A DNA stretch of 64,000 bases, taken from the IMG/VR virus record IMGVR_UViG_2933953506_000002, positions 1 to 64,000 of that record; one strand, written 5' to 3'. The notes under the pieces are model-generated. The model worked only from the letters and a program-made list of their open reading frames with translations. It searched no databases and was not told the DNA's origin. Within the stretch, counting starts at the first letter, position 1, and each line of letters starts with the position of its first letter. Shown one piece after another: positions 8,909 to 18,533 of the stretch. Origin of the DNA: a virus. Lineage: Duplodnaviria; Caudoviricetes. Both the position numbers and the translations under genes were made by a program.

Positions 8909-9619
8909 ATGCCCACGCACAAGCCGACCCGTGAGCACCGCCCCGGCGAAGACCCGCTGCCCGACGAGCGGCTGGCGGAGATCCGCGCCGCCGCGGGCAC
9001 ACCGGAGGTGCGCGATCTGCTCGGGGAGCTGGACCGCGTCCGCGCGCTGCTGAGCACCACCCTGGAGGCGAACGGCACGCTCCTCAACAACTGGGCCCGG
9101 CTGGAGGGCGTAGCCCCGCACCCGTTCCTCGGTGTGTTCTGCCGGACGTGCCGCGCCGAGGTGCAGGTGGGCACGGAGGGGTGCCCGCGGCACTCGCCCA
9201 CGGTGATCGGTCGCGCCCTGTACGCGATGCACGCGGAGAACCGGTCGCTCCTCGACGCGGAGGAGGCGGGCAACCGCGCGGTCGCGATGCTGGACGCGGC
9301 GCTGCCGCTGCTCGCCGCGGTGCTGAACCCGGTGGACCACAAGGAGGGGTGCCGCCCGCACGACTGCCGGTGTGCGTGCGACCGGCGGCAGAACTGCCAG
9401 GACTGCCACCGGTGCGTGTGCTGGCGGTCGGAGTGCTGCGCCGAGAAGGCGATCCGGTGGCACGCCGAGGACCGGTGGGCGCGGCTCGTCGCCGAGGCCG
9501 GCCTCGGGGCCGAGGGGTCCGGCGCCGACGCCGAGGGCCCGCGGTGCGCGGTGTGCCTGACCCCGATCTCCGAGCACGCCGGGCGGCACTGCGAGCGCCC
9601 GGCCACCCGGTACTGCTGA
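8909..9619 (+). CDS. Cys/His-rich hypothetical protein, probably metal binding
   Basis: GGAG RBS; CRTC, CRPHDCRCACDRRQNCQDCHRCVCWRSECC, CAVC. Confidence 0.7.
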   Translation: MPTHKPTREHRPGEDPLPDERLAEIRAAAGTPEVRDLLGELDRVRALLSTTLEANGTLLNNWARLEGVAPHPFLGVFCRTCRAEVQVGTEGCPRHSPTVIGRALYAMHAENRSLLDAEEAGNRAVAMLDAALPLLAAVLNPVDHKEGCRPHDCRCACDRRQNCQDCHRCVCWRSECCAEKAIRWHAEDRWARLVAEAGLGAEGSGADAEGPRCAVCLTPISEHAGRHCERPATRYC

Positions 9620-9722
9620 GCGTTGCGCCCGGTCCCGTTCGTCCACGGGGTCGGGCGCACTCGTGATTGATGGTGCAGCCGTGAGACTCGCACGAACATT
9701 TTCCCTGTTCTCCTATTGCGTG

Positions 9723-9787
9723 AGTCTCATTGCTGTACTGTTCGGGGTGTTGGTGGAGAGCAGCCGCCGACAGTCCCGAACGAAGGA
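9723..9787 (+). promoter_or_regulatory. Class I leader module, copy 8
   Basis: AGTCTCATTGCTGTAC (9723-9738), TGTTGGTGG-AGAGCAG-CCGCCGACA with two G.U pairs, GTCCCGAACGAAGGA (9773-9787); inverted box at 9673-9688. Confidence 0.9.
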
Positions 9788-9795
9788 ACGCCGCA

Positions 9796-11127
9796 ATGAG
9801 GACCCTCCCGGCCAAGGTTCAGACCGCCGTCCACGTCGCCACGCTCGCTCGCAAGGCCGGTCTGCCCATCCCCGCCAAGGTGCTCCCGGTCCTCGAAGAG
9901 GCCGCCGCCCCGTGGCCTGCCGAGTGGCTCCTCGCCCCGCTCCCCGGTGACCCGATCCGTGTCGTCGAACTGTTCGCGGGCCCCGGCGGCTGGTCCGAGG
10001 GCATCGCCGCCGTCCTCGGCGTGGCCGTCGACTCCTGCGGCGTCGACATCTCCCCGGACGCCTGCGCCACCGCCCGCGCCGCCGGTCACCGCCGGATCTG
10101 CGCCGACATCACCACCCTCGACCCCGAGCACATCGCGCTGCGCCACACCGCCGCCGTCATCGTCAGCCCGCCGTGCCCCACCTTCTCGCCCGGCGGCAAG
10201 CTCTCCGGCCTGGAGCTGGGCAACATCCAGACCCTCGGCGACGCCATCGCCTACGTCGGCGAGACCGCCGGGTTCATCCCCATGGACTGGCACCACAGCG
10301 ACTACGACGACGGCGAGTGCGAGTGCGACCCGGACGCCCCCGACGGCAAGGGATGCCACGGCGACGGCTTCGCCCCCCGCTCCGGCGCCACCTGGGACGA
10401 GGTCCGCGAGATGGCCGCGGGCGTCAGTGACCCGCGCATCGCGCTCATGCTCGAGGTCGCCATCTGGCCGATCGCCCTGCAGGCCGCCGGTGCGCCGATC
10501 CGCTGGATGGCCATGGAGCAGTCCAGCAACCTGCCCGAGGAGATCATCAGCGACCTGACCATCGAGTTCCAGTGCGCTGAGTGGTTCTACACCAGCCACG
10601 AGATCAAGGAGGCCGCCGACTACGGCCTGCCGTCCCGCCGCAAGCGCGTCTACATGATCGCCTCCCGCTCCTACTCCCCCACCGTCACCCGCTGCATCCG
10701 CCCGCTGCCCTCCACCACCATGGCGCAGGCCCTCGGCTGGCAGCCGGGGGAGCGCGTCAACACCCGCGGCAACCGCCCCGTCGACCCGAAGACCGGCCGC
10801 GCCAAGGGCGGCAACGCGTTCTCCGCCGACGGCCCGTCCTGGTGCCTCACTGGCAAGTCCCGCACCTGGAAGCGTGAGAGCGACGGGTACCGCCTCACGG
10901 AGGCCGAGGCCGGGCTGCTCGTCGGGTTCCGCCGCTCCTACCCGTGGCAGGGAAGCCGCTCCAGCGCCTTCCAGCAGGCCGCCGACGTCGTCTCACCGGT
11001 CATGGCCGCGATCGTCCTCAGCGGCGTCCTGGGCGGTCTCGGCGAGGCTCTGGTGCGCGACTACCTCGCCCAGCTCTACGACATGGACGACATGCTCAGC
11101 CCGGACGACTACGACCTGGTCAGCTAG
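9796..11127 (+). CDS. Orphan DNA (cytosine-5)-methyltransferase
   Basis: Motif I ELFAGPGG, catalytic SPPCPTFS, motif VIII SRRKRVY, motif IX/X-like RLTEAEAGLLVGF...QQAADVV. Confidence 0.9.
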   Translation: MRTLPAKVQTAVHVATLARKAGLPIPAKVLPVLEEAAAPWPAEWLLAPLPGDPIRVVELFAGPGGWSEGIAAVLGVAVDSCGVDISPDACATARAAGHRRICADITTLDPEHIALRHTAAVIVSPPCPTFSPGGKLSGLELGNIQTLGDAIAYVGETAGFIPMDWHHSDYDDGECECDPDAPDGKGCHGDGFAPRSGATWDEVREMAAGVSDPRIALMLEVAIWPIALQAAGAPIRWMAMEQSSNLPEEIISDLTIEFQCAEWFYTSHEIKEAADYGLPSRRKRVYMIASRSYSPTVTRCIRPLPSTTMAQALGWQPGERVNTRGNRPVDPKTGRAKGGNAFSADGPSWCLTGKSRTWKRESDGYRLTEAEAGLLVGFRRSYPWQGSRSSAFQQAADVVSPVMAAIVLSGVLGGLGEALVRDYLAQLYDMDDMLSPDDYDLVS

Positions 11128-11224
11128 CCCGGAGCGCCCGGTCCCCGCCCCCCGCGGAGGCCGGGCGTTCTGGCGTTCCCGGGACGGCCGTAACAGCCCT
11201 GGATGGCCCGGCGTTCCCTCGAAC

Positions 11225-11581
11225 ATGAGCAACCCCGCCCCGTCCAGCCCCGTGTACGGCGCGGCCTTCAACCCGTTCGGACCGTTCGTCATCCTGGCCG
11301 CGACGGTCGCCGTGGACGGCGAGGAGGTCACGGTCCAGCAGCAGATAGACCGCGCCGCCTGGCGAATCATCGACGGCGATCCGCAGCTCCGCGCCGACTA
11401 CGAGCGAAGCCTCCGCAACGGGCTCGCCGGGGCCCTCGTCGACCGCCTTGCCCCGGCCATCACCGTGTACGAACCGACCCTGCCGGGCGAAGCGGTGTCC
11501 GACGCCCCAGCGCGCACCGACGCCACGATGCGGAATGAGCCGGAGCTCTGTCAGTCGCTCGAACTAGGCTCCGAAGCATGA
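11225..11581 (+). CDS. Hypothetical protein (MSNPAPSS...)
   Basis: C-terminal part of ORF 10874..11581; ATGA overlap with next gene. Confidence 0.6.
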   Translation: MSNPAPSSPVYGAAFNPFGPFVILAATVAVDGEEVTVQQQIDRAAWRIIDGDPQLRADYERSLRNGLAGALVDRLAPAITVYEPTLPGEAVSDAPARTDATMRNEPELCQSLELGSEA

Positions 11582-11979
11582 GCACAGCCGCCCCCGCCTC
11601 ACCGCCGGCCTCCAGCGACCCGGCGCCGTTCGACCCGATGGCCTTCCCCTCCGACCTGATCGACCACCAGCGCCAGGCCGCCGAGCTGCACGCCTTCCAG
11701 AAGACCCTCCCCTGGTCCCGAGTACCGCACGAGGGTTGGCCGGAGGGGACCGAGCGGGGCCGGGAATCCTCCGGACGGGATGCGACGGACGGCTGGGAGC
11801 CCTGGCAGGCCGCCGAGTACGACCGGCTGTTCGAGGCACTCAGAAGTGCCACGGCGGCCGTACAGACGCACGGCTGGTGGGATCGCTGCAAGCGGGAGGG
11901 CGCCGACCTGTTCAAGATCCGGCAGGCCCTCAAGCGCGCCCCCGGCGCCGCCCCTCTCGGGCAGGCGGACGCGGAATGA
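11578..11979 (+). CDS. Hypothetical protein, 133 aa
   Basis: Translationally coupled; globular sequence FPSDL...LPWSRVPHEGW. Confidence 0.7.
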   Translation: MSTAAPASPPASSDPAPFDPMAFPSDLIDHQRQAAELHAFQKTLPWSRVPHEGWPEGTERGRESSGRDATDGWEPWQAAEYDRLFEALRSATAAVQTHGWWDRCKREGADLFKIRQALKRAPGAAPLGQADAE

Positions 11980-12235
11980 CGGGATCGGACGCGGCCGACG
12001 TCGCCCGACGGCCGCGGGGGAGCTGCGGCTCCTCCTCCGGCGGCCCGGTCTCGGGGGCAGGCATCGCGCACGCCCACGCCCCCAATTCCTTGACCATCCT
12101 CAGCACCATCTCCTGACGGGCAGTCGGGAGGAACACCCAGAGCAGCCACGCCGGGGCTGACAGGACGACGATGACGAGTACGGGAAGTACGCGAGCAGGA
12201 ACCAAGCACCACTTGGCCAGGGCCAGCGACGGCAT
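11930..12235 (-). CDS. Possible small membrane protein
   Basis: Hydrophobic segment VLPVLVIVVLSAPAWLLWVFLP; start uncertain. Confidence 0.4.
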   Translation of the reverse strand: MPSLALAKWCLVPARVLPVLVIVVLSAPAWLLWVFLPTARQEMVLRMVKELGAWACAMPAPETGPPEEEPQLPRGRRATSAASDPVIPRPPAREGRRRGRA

Positions 12236-12714
12236 CAGGAATCGCTTTCGGATCGAGAAGGGGCAGGGCGACATGTCCGGTGACCTAGGCCGTTCAGACA
12301 TTTTTTTTGAGGCCGTGCGCGGCGGACGTTTCGAAACGTCGGGCTCAGAGCTGAGCGCGCGCAGAGACCACAACCGCCCGGGGTGACCCGGGCGTCCGCC
12401 TTCCCTTTCTCGAAGGTCCTTAGTGGACCCCTTCGGTTTTCCGATGGCACGAATACTGTACGTCCCGCCATACATGATCGGTTCCGCGTCCTAAGACCGC
12501 GGCTGTGAGAGCGGGCGCGTTGCTGCTTCGGCTCGGGGCGGTGCGTACGGTGGGACATGACGGTCTCCGTTCAGGGGATGAGTCGGCTGCCCCCGCACCG
12601 CTTGTTCCTGGCCGGGATACGGTGCGGGGCGCAGTTTCTACTGCCTCAAGCCTGCTGGGTGACGTCCGCTGAATGCAGCTCCCGGCTCTCGAATCTCGAT
12701 GTAAGTTCGGCGCC

Positions 12715-13635
12715 ATGAACGAAAGTCGGCTCACCCCCTGGATCGAGGGGACGGCGGCAGATCTGGTCGCCGACGCTCTCGCTCTGGAAGTGAAGGCCAG
12801 CCCCAGGATGGTGACCTCCTGGATCGAGGACGGGCTGCTCGCCAACCCTGAGCCGCGCAAGACGAGCGCGCACGGCAGCGATCCGCGGGTCTTCCCCCGC
12901 GAGCAACGCGAGTTGTTCGCCAGACTTCTGGAAGCCCGAGAGCGCTCCCCGCTGGGGCGTATCCCGCAACGCTCGCTGGTCCGGGTCGTGCTGTACCTGT
13001 GGCTGATCGACGACACCGTGGTACTCACCCCGCAGGCGCGCCGAGCCTTGCGGACCCACGCGCGGGCCACTGGCCAGACGACCGCCGTAAGGCGACGCGA
13101 GAACGTCCGCGCCATCGTCGAGCAACTCGCCCACCCCTCGGCCACCCTCAAGCAACGGCGTGCCGCTCAGCTCGTCCTCGAGGAGGGCGAGCGGACCGGG
13201 CGGATCGACCTGGACAGGCTGACGGCGGTCCTCACGGAGTTGTACTCGCCCTGGCCAGTCCAGCCCGGAATGCCGAGGATCGAACGGGCCATGCCCGGCC
13301 CGTTCGGGCCCGTCCCCGTCCAGCACCACATCGCGATGTGGAAGGCCAGACAGCAGACGATCCGCCGCCTACGGCACGAGGAGATCGACGAGCTAGAGCT
13401 CGACAGGGTGCGCGCCGTCTTCCGGCCAGAGTGGGCGGATTACCAGGCTCGTCGGCCCGCCCTGGCGACCATCGGCGCCGGAGAGTTCGCGGCGTACTTT
13501 GCTGAGCCCGACACCATGGAGGGCCGCGCCATCGAGGCGGTCGATGCGTTCGTGTCGACGCTCGCCGGTGAACTCGGGCTGATCGAAGCCGCGTCACATG
13601 CCGCAGAGACGGCACGCCTCAGACTGGCGCGCTGA
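12715..13635 (+). CDS. Putative DNA-binding protein with MerR-like N-terminal HTH
   Basis: ASPRMVTSWIEDGLLANPE...RVF; TAAGTT 7 nt upstream of ATG suggests a leaderless start. Confidence 0.65.
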   Translation: MNESRLTPWIEGTAADLVADALALEVKASPRMVTSWIEDGLLANPEPRKTSAHGSDPRVFPREQRELFARLLEARERSPLGRIPQRSLVRVVLYLWLIDDTVVLTPQARRALRTHARATGQTTAVRRRENVRAIVEQLAHPSATLKQRRAAQLVLEEGERTGRIDLDRLTAVLTELYSPWPVQPGMPRIERAMPGPFGPVPVQHHIAMWKARQQTIRRLRHEEIDELELDRVRAVFRPEWADYQARRPALATIGAGEFAAYFAEPDTMEGRAIEAVDAFVSTLAGELGLIEAASHAAETARLRLAR

Positions 13636-13873
13636 ACGCCGCCAACACCCGACGATCTCCCCTGGTGCCCCTTGTCGGCCGCCCTGGGTGACTCCAAGCT
13701 GCTCGCACGCCCCATCCTCAACCCAGGCTGGGGCCGCCGGTACCTGCGGATCGTGACGGAGCGCTGGGCGGTCGCCGTACGACCATGCCACGCCCTTCGG
13801 AGGGAGACCCGTCTTCCCGGCGCCTTGGGCGGGCCGGCTGCGGCTCCGGCCTAGTGCTCACACCTCCACACTC

Positions 13874-13944
13874 CCGAACAGGTGTCCGATCCCCGCCGTG
13901 CACCCCGGGTCGTCAGGCTCTAGAGTTATCGAACTGGAGTGCGA
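13874..13944. promoter_or_regulatory. Two actinobacterial LexA (SOS) boxes upstream of the dinB-like gene
   Basis: CCGAAC-AGGT-GTCCGA (13874-13889) and TCGAAC-TGGA-GTGCGA (13929-13944) fit TCGAAC-N4-GNNCGA; TAGAGT -10-like hexamer at 13921. Confidence 0.7.
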
Positions 13945-13970
13945 ATTAGGACGGCGGAAGGGGCGAGGGC

Positions 13971-14993
13971 ATGAGCGATCGACACCTCGACGCGCTAACC
14001 GCCGCGCGTGTCCTTCATCTACGGGTACCTCCGGGCACCTCCGCGGACCGTTACCAGCAGCTTCTGGACCTGCTTACCTACGACATCTCGCCTATCGTCC
14101 AGGCCCTTCCACCTGCCGCAGCACTCGTCGACGTGGGGGGAGCACTCCGCTTCCACCGCCGTACTCCGCCCCAACTCGCCACCTTGATCCGTCTGCGGGC
14201 CATGGCATGGACCGACCTGGACGTCCACATCGGAGTGGCAGCAACGTGGGCACTGGCAGCAACCGCCTCCGCGCATCCCGGCCCCAACGGCATCTGCGTC
14301 ATCCCCGACGATCCGATGTCCCTGGCCGAGTGGCTGTGGCCCTTGCCCATCGACGCCCTTCACGGCATCGGTCGACAGCAGGCGAGCACTCTGCGCCACT
14401 TCGGGCTCCACACGATCGGTGCCCTGGCAGGCGTCCCGGAGGAGACCGCGCAGCGCGTCCTCGGCGGCCGTGCCGGTCGGGAGTTGCGCGATCGTGCCTG
14501 GGGCCTGGACCCTCGCGCAGTGACCCCGACGGCGTTGCCCCGGTCGACCAGCGAGCGCCGCGACTTCGCCCGTGACGTCCTGGACCCCGAGACGATCCGA
14601 ACCGCGCTCCTCGACACCGTGGTGGCCATCGCCTCCCGGCTGCGCGAACGAGAGCAGGCCGCCGCCGGCCTGGAGCTCCAACTGAGATTCGCCGACCACA
14701 CGCACCTGACCCGCTCGCGACGGCTGCCCGTACCGTCTGCCCACACCGACGAACTCCGCACGCTGGCCTACGAGATGTTCGCTCGACTCGGCCTTGAGCG
14801 AGCACGTATCCGCGGCGTCAGCGTGCGAGCCACTGGGCTTCTCGACGCCGATCAGGTCGCCGAGCAGATCACGTTCGACCGGACCACGGAGAACGGGCGG
14901 TTGGCAGAGAGCGCCGTGGACCAAGCCAACCGACGCTTCGGCGCAGGGACCGTACGGCCCGCGCGGCTCGCCCATCAACCCCGGATCGCCTGA
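13971..14993 (+). CDS. Y-family DNA polymerase-like protein (Streptomyces DinB2/ImuB type)
   Basis: SPIVQALPPAAALVDVGGA, IGVAATWALA, HhH LPIDALHGIG, C-terminal little-finger region; canonical acidic catalytic motifs not visible. Confidence 0.85.
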   Translation: MSDRHLDALTAARVLHLRVPPGTSADRYQQLLDLLTYDISPIVQALPPAAALVDVGGALRFHRRTPPQLATLIRLRAMAWTDLDVHIGVAATWALAATASAHPGPNGICVIPDDPMSLAEWLWPLPIDALHGIGRQQASTLRHFGLHTIGALAGVPEETAQRVLGGRAGRELRDRAWGLDPRAVTPTALPRSTSERRDFARDVLDPETIRTALLDTVVAIASRLREREQAAAGLELQLRFADHTHLTRSRRLPVPSAHTDELRTLAYEMFARLGLERARIRGVSVRATGLLDADQVAEQITFDRTTENGRLAESAVDQANRRFGAGTVRPARLAHQPRIA

Positions 14994-15143
14994 CAGCGCC
15001 CCCCTCCTGCACCACGCCCTTCGCCCAGACACGGCAGGAGGAGCGTAAGTCGGCTCCATGGGACTCGAACACCCTCAAGGCGCTGGAGCAGTGATCGGTC
15101 CGAGTCCGGCCGGGGTCCGTACGGGCAAGCCGATTCGGCACCG

Positions 15144-15174
15144 CGCGACGCAAGACGGTCCCGGCCTCCACGAT
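15144..15174 (+). promoter_or_regulatory. Class II promoter motif, copy 1
   Basis: CGCGACGCAAG-N14-CACGAT. Confidence 0.7.
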
Positions 15175-15209
15175 CCGCGGCCTCATCTCTTCGTCTGGAA
15201 GGCCGCACC

Positions 15210-15509
15210 GTGACCAAGCTCCTGTCCCCGCCGAACGACCGCACGTCCCGCCTGGTCGTCTCCGTCGCCGTCGGCCTCTTTGTGTTCGGCTTGGTAATCC
15301 TGTTCTCGCTCCTGGCCGCCGACATCGACGTCGACGACGACAGCGACGGTTCATCCGGGCGCTGTGCCCCGGCCGTCGTCGGCGCCGTCGACCCCGTGAC
15401 GTGCCTGCCGTACGGCAGTACGGGCGCCGCCAGTACCAGCAACTCCGGGAGCAGTACGCAGAAGCAGCCGAAGGCGCCCGCCCCGCCGCCGGTCCGGCTC
15501 ACCAAGTGA
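15210..15509 (+). CDS. Small membrane protein
   Basis: GAAGG RBS; one TM helix; two Cys. Confidence 0.65.
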   Translation: MTKLLSPPNDRTSRLVVSVAVGLFVFGLVILFSLLAADIDVDDDSDGSSGRCAPAVVGAVDPVTCLPYGSTGAASTSNSGSSTQKQPKAPAPPPVRLTK

Positions 15510-15512
15510 TGC

Positions 15513-15543
15513 CGCGACGCAAGGCACCCGAGTCGGACACGGT
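15513..15543 (+). promoter_or_regulatory. Class II promoter motif, copy 2
   Basis: CGCGACGCAAG-N14-CACGGT. Confidence 0.7.
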
Positions 15544-15577
15544 CCGGCCTTCCAGTTCCCGAACCGAAGGACCCACC

Positions 15578-15979
15578 GTGTCAGAACCCGCCCCCAGGTC
15601 CGCCTGCAGCTCCCTGTGCCCGGTCGCTCTGGAGCCCGCCGAACTCGTCTCGGACGGCAACTGCCGCACCTGCATCCGGTACAGCCGCGCGATCCTGGTG
15701 CTGCTCGTGGTCAACCTGCTCGCCTCGGTCGTCTTCGGCGTGCTCGGTGCCGTACGGGACGACTCGACGGAGCCGAGCCCGAAGCCGTCGCCGACCGCCA
15801 CGGCCACGCCGAGCCCCAGCGATCCGGACCCGTCCGGCGGCCCGACGCCCACCCCGGAGCCGACTCCGACGGCGTCCATGCCGCCGGACCCGACTGACGG
15901 CGGATGCAACATCTTCGACCCGGAGTGTTCCAGCACGGGCGGCAGCTCGAACGGCACCACGGGCGGCGTCGAGGCGTAG
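15578..15979 (+). CDS. Membrane protein with Pro/Thr-rich tail
   Basis: CCCGAACCGAAGGA RBS, GTG start; TM ILVLLVVNLLASVVFGVLG. Confidence 0.65.
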   Translation: MSEPAPRSACSSLCPVALEPAELVSDGNCRTCIRYSRAILVLLVVNLLASVVFGVLGAVRDDSTEPSPKPSPTATATPSPSDPDPSGGPTPTPEPTPTASMPPDPTDGGCNIFDPECSSTGGSSNGTTGGVEA

Positions 15980-16213
15980 CCCCTCGACGGCGCCCCGGCC
16001 GCACCCCGCGGTCGGGGCGCAACCATGTCCAGTGCCCCGTGGCCGGCCCGGAGCCGGTGACCCCGGCACGCCTCGATCGCCCCGCACGTGATCAAGGTCT
16101 CTCCTCCTGACCTGCGATTCCACCGGACGTAAGCCGCTCGTCGTCGGCACCGTGCCCGCTCGCCCGCGCCGCGACCCCGCGGCCGCCACCTCGGCGCCCC
16201 ACGGCCTGGGCAG

Positions 16214-16708
16214 ATGGGAGAGGACGTGGAAGCACACGTCAAGGAAGCCCTCGATAGCTGGTACGGCGCGTGGGAGCTGCACCAGGAGACGGCTCAGGAA
16301 GCCTTCACCGCGGCGTTCCCCGCCCTCAGTCCGGCCACCAGGTGTCAGTGCTTCGGGCCCACCCTGCGGTGGACGACGCCCGGGGAAGGCGGGGGGAAGG
16401 TCTGCTTGGACGATCACGGCCGCGCGACGATCGAGTTCGAGAAGGTCCCGAAAGTCGCGGTCGGTACGGCCATGACGGAGTGCTGGGGCGCGGACTGGTT
16501 CGACGAAGGATCGGGCGGATTCGCTGAGGCGGAGCCCGGCCAGTACCACTACGAGGACGAGCAGACCTATGCGGAGTACGAGTTCGAGGTGAACGCCGAC
16601 GGCACCGTGACGTTCGGGATCTCCTACGTGAAGGTCGACGACATCGTCACGATGCTCGACGCCCTCGAGCGGGCGCTCGCCGAACACCGCACCGCTCGAC
16701 CCGGGTGA
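16214..16708 (+). CDS. Acidic hypothetical protein, 164 aa
   Basis: Coding-like codon usage. Confidence 0.65.
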   Translation: MGEDVEAHVKEALDSWYGAWELHQETAQEAFTAAFPALSPATRCQCFGPTLRWTTPGEGGGKVCLDDHGRATIEFEKVPKVAVGTAMTECWGADWFDEGSGGFAEAEPGQYHYEDEQTYAEYEFEVNADGTVTFGISYVKVDDIVTMLDALERALAEHRTARPG

Positions 16709-17191
16709 GGTGAGGAGACCCGATCGCGTCCGCCAGAGATCGTCCCCAGAGTGCCGGGAACCGGCGGGGGCGTGGAGGGCAGCACCTCCACGCCCCCGGC
16801 CTTCAAGATCAGCGGAGGTTAACCTCGACCTTGACCTGCAGGCAGGTTCCGGCGGTGATGAGCGGGCCGCCGACGAAGGGGAAGCCGGTGAAGCACAGGG
16901 CGACTCCGGAACCGACGCAAAGCACGGAGAACCCGAGCTGGCACCAGCCGAACGCCCCCTCGGAGCGCCTCCTGCTCACGGAGACGACGGGCTGGTGCTG
17001 TGCCGGATCTGCTGGGGTACCGTCGTTGGTACTCAGGACGGACCACCTCTTTCCTGTAAGCGCAGGCCCAGGGCAGTTCTGCTTGCCGGCTCTCTGCCCG
17101 GGGCCTGCGGGACTTCTACGGCTGGAGGGTTCCAGCTCGTGAGATCCATGGTGCGTGGGCTTGACAGGCCCTCGGGGTACACTGGTCTACG

Positions 17192-17299
17192 GATTGATCC
17201 GCATGCGTCGAGTCTCAGTTAAACGGAGCTGAAACCAGGAGATGGATAGCTGGACTAGTAACCCGGCATGCGGATCAATCGGTAGCGGATAAACCGTAG
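17192..17299. repeat. 15-bp perfect inverted repeat plus a related direct copy
   Basis: GATTGATCCGCATGC (17192-17206) / GCATGCGGATCAATC (17266-17280); GCGGATAAACCGTAG (17285-17299). Confidence 0.7.
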
Positions 17300-17324
17300 C
17301 AGTTTTTTTGAGGAGGCCGGGGCT

Positions 17325-18389
17325 GTGGCCCATGAGAGGGACGGCAAGGTCGAGGTCCGCATGGAGCAACTGGCGGCCTTGATGGGGAACGACCTCCCCG
17401 AGGCGGTCCGGAAGGCTCGGGAGATCTACGAGCGGGGCAGGAAGCCGAAGACAGTGCGCGTACGGCGGTCCTTCGTGCGGCTGGAGAAGTTCGGCGGGAC
17501 GGTCGAGAACGAGCGCAAGCCTCTGCCTAGGTCAGAGCGCCCCTTCTCCGCACAGATGATCACGCCGAAGGGGCTCAGCCTGAAGCTCTACCTCGTGATG
17601 CTGTTCGCGGCGCAGTGCGAGGCGGCGATCGGGAAGGAGTGGCCCCAGCCGTACCCAATCGAGCCGAACGCCCAGACGACCGACTCGTGGGAGGGGTTGG
17701 TGGCGACCGTCGCCAAGTACGCCGGTCCCGGTGTTCAGGCGTCCTCGGTCCGCACGAACAAGCTGAGGCAGATCACCCAGGCGATGAAGACGCTGGAGGG
17801 GATGGAGCTGCTCAGGTCGGCGACCGGGGTCAAGGGACAGGTCGGCCGCGGCGTCCTGCTCCTGTGCGAGAACGGGAAGAGCAAGGACACCGGCGCCGCG
17901 AGTATCGCGTACACGGTGCCGGCGGATGCCGAGCTCTTCCTTGAGATCCCCGTGGGGTTCTTCACCAACGGCTGGATCTACGCGCTCACCAACAGCGAGA
18001 TCGCCGCCATGTTGATGTGGTTCGACGTCCTGAAGTTCGACGGCATGAAGGTGACGCCGGATGGCGGGACACCGATGAACCTCGGCTTCGTGCTGAGTAA
18101 CGTGCGCCACGGCTTCTACGGCCTCGGCCGGGACGCGTACGAGACGCACCGGCCGCTGGAGGCCTTCGGGGTCCTTGAGGTCCACCGCCACTGGAAGCGG
18201 TACGACAGCGGCAAGTGGATGGACTTCAAGGAAGAGAGCAGCGACATGGTGTGCCACCGGGTGACGCTCCAGGACGGCGCCTTCGACAGGGAGGCGGGGG
18301 CGGTCGTGCACGAGGTGCTCCGGCGGCGTGACGCCACCAACGAGTGGCGGCAGCCCATGAGCGGGTTTCTACAGCCCGGAAGGCTGTAG
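17325..18389 (+). CDS. Hypothetical protein, possibly tandem winged-helix DNA-binding or replication protein
   Basis: GAGGAGG RBS; two similar halves (LSLKLYLVML / LTNSEIAAMLM). Confidence 0.7.
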   Translation: MAHERDGKVEVRMEQLAALMGNDLPEAVRKAREIYERGRKPKTVRVRRSFVRLEKFGGTVENERKPLPRSERPFSAQMITPKGLSLKLYLVMLFAAQCEAAIGKEWPQPYPIEPNAQTTDSWEGLVATVAKYAGPGVQASSVRTNKLRQITQAMKTLEGMELLRSATGVKGQVGRGVLLLCENGKSKDTGAASIAYTVPADAELFLEIPVGFFTNGWIYALTNSEIAAMLMWFDVLKFDGMKVTPDGGTPMNLGFVLSNVRHGFYGLGRDAYETHRPLEAFGVLEVHRHWKRYDSGKWMDFKEESSDMVCHRVTLQDGAFDREAGAVVHEVLRRRDATNEWRQPMSGFLQPGRL

Positions 18390-18424
18390 AAACCCGCCGC
18401 CGCAGAGTGTCACGCGCGCCTGAT

Positions 18425-18455
18425 CGCGACGTAAGCCTCCTCGGCGCCCCATGGT
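18425..18455 (+). promoter_or_regulatory. Class II promoter motif, copy 3
   Basis: CGCGACGTAAG-N14-CATGGT. Confidence 0.7.
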
Positions 18456-18533
18456 CCCGCCTCGCTCCAGCCGTCCTCCCGTGGCCGCCGCTCCTGGCCG
18501 GTCCGACGAGCCGGGGCAGGACGGACGAACCTC

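Noticed and set aside
17161-17183. TTGACA...TACACT as a sigma70 promoter
   Set aside because: Spacer is only 11 bp
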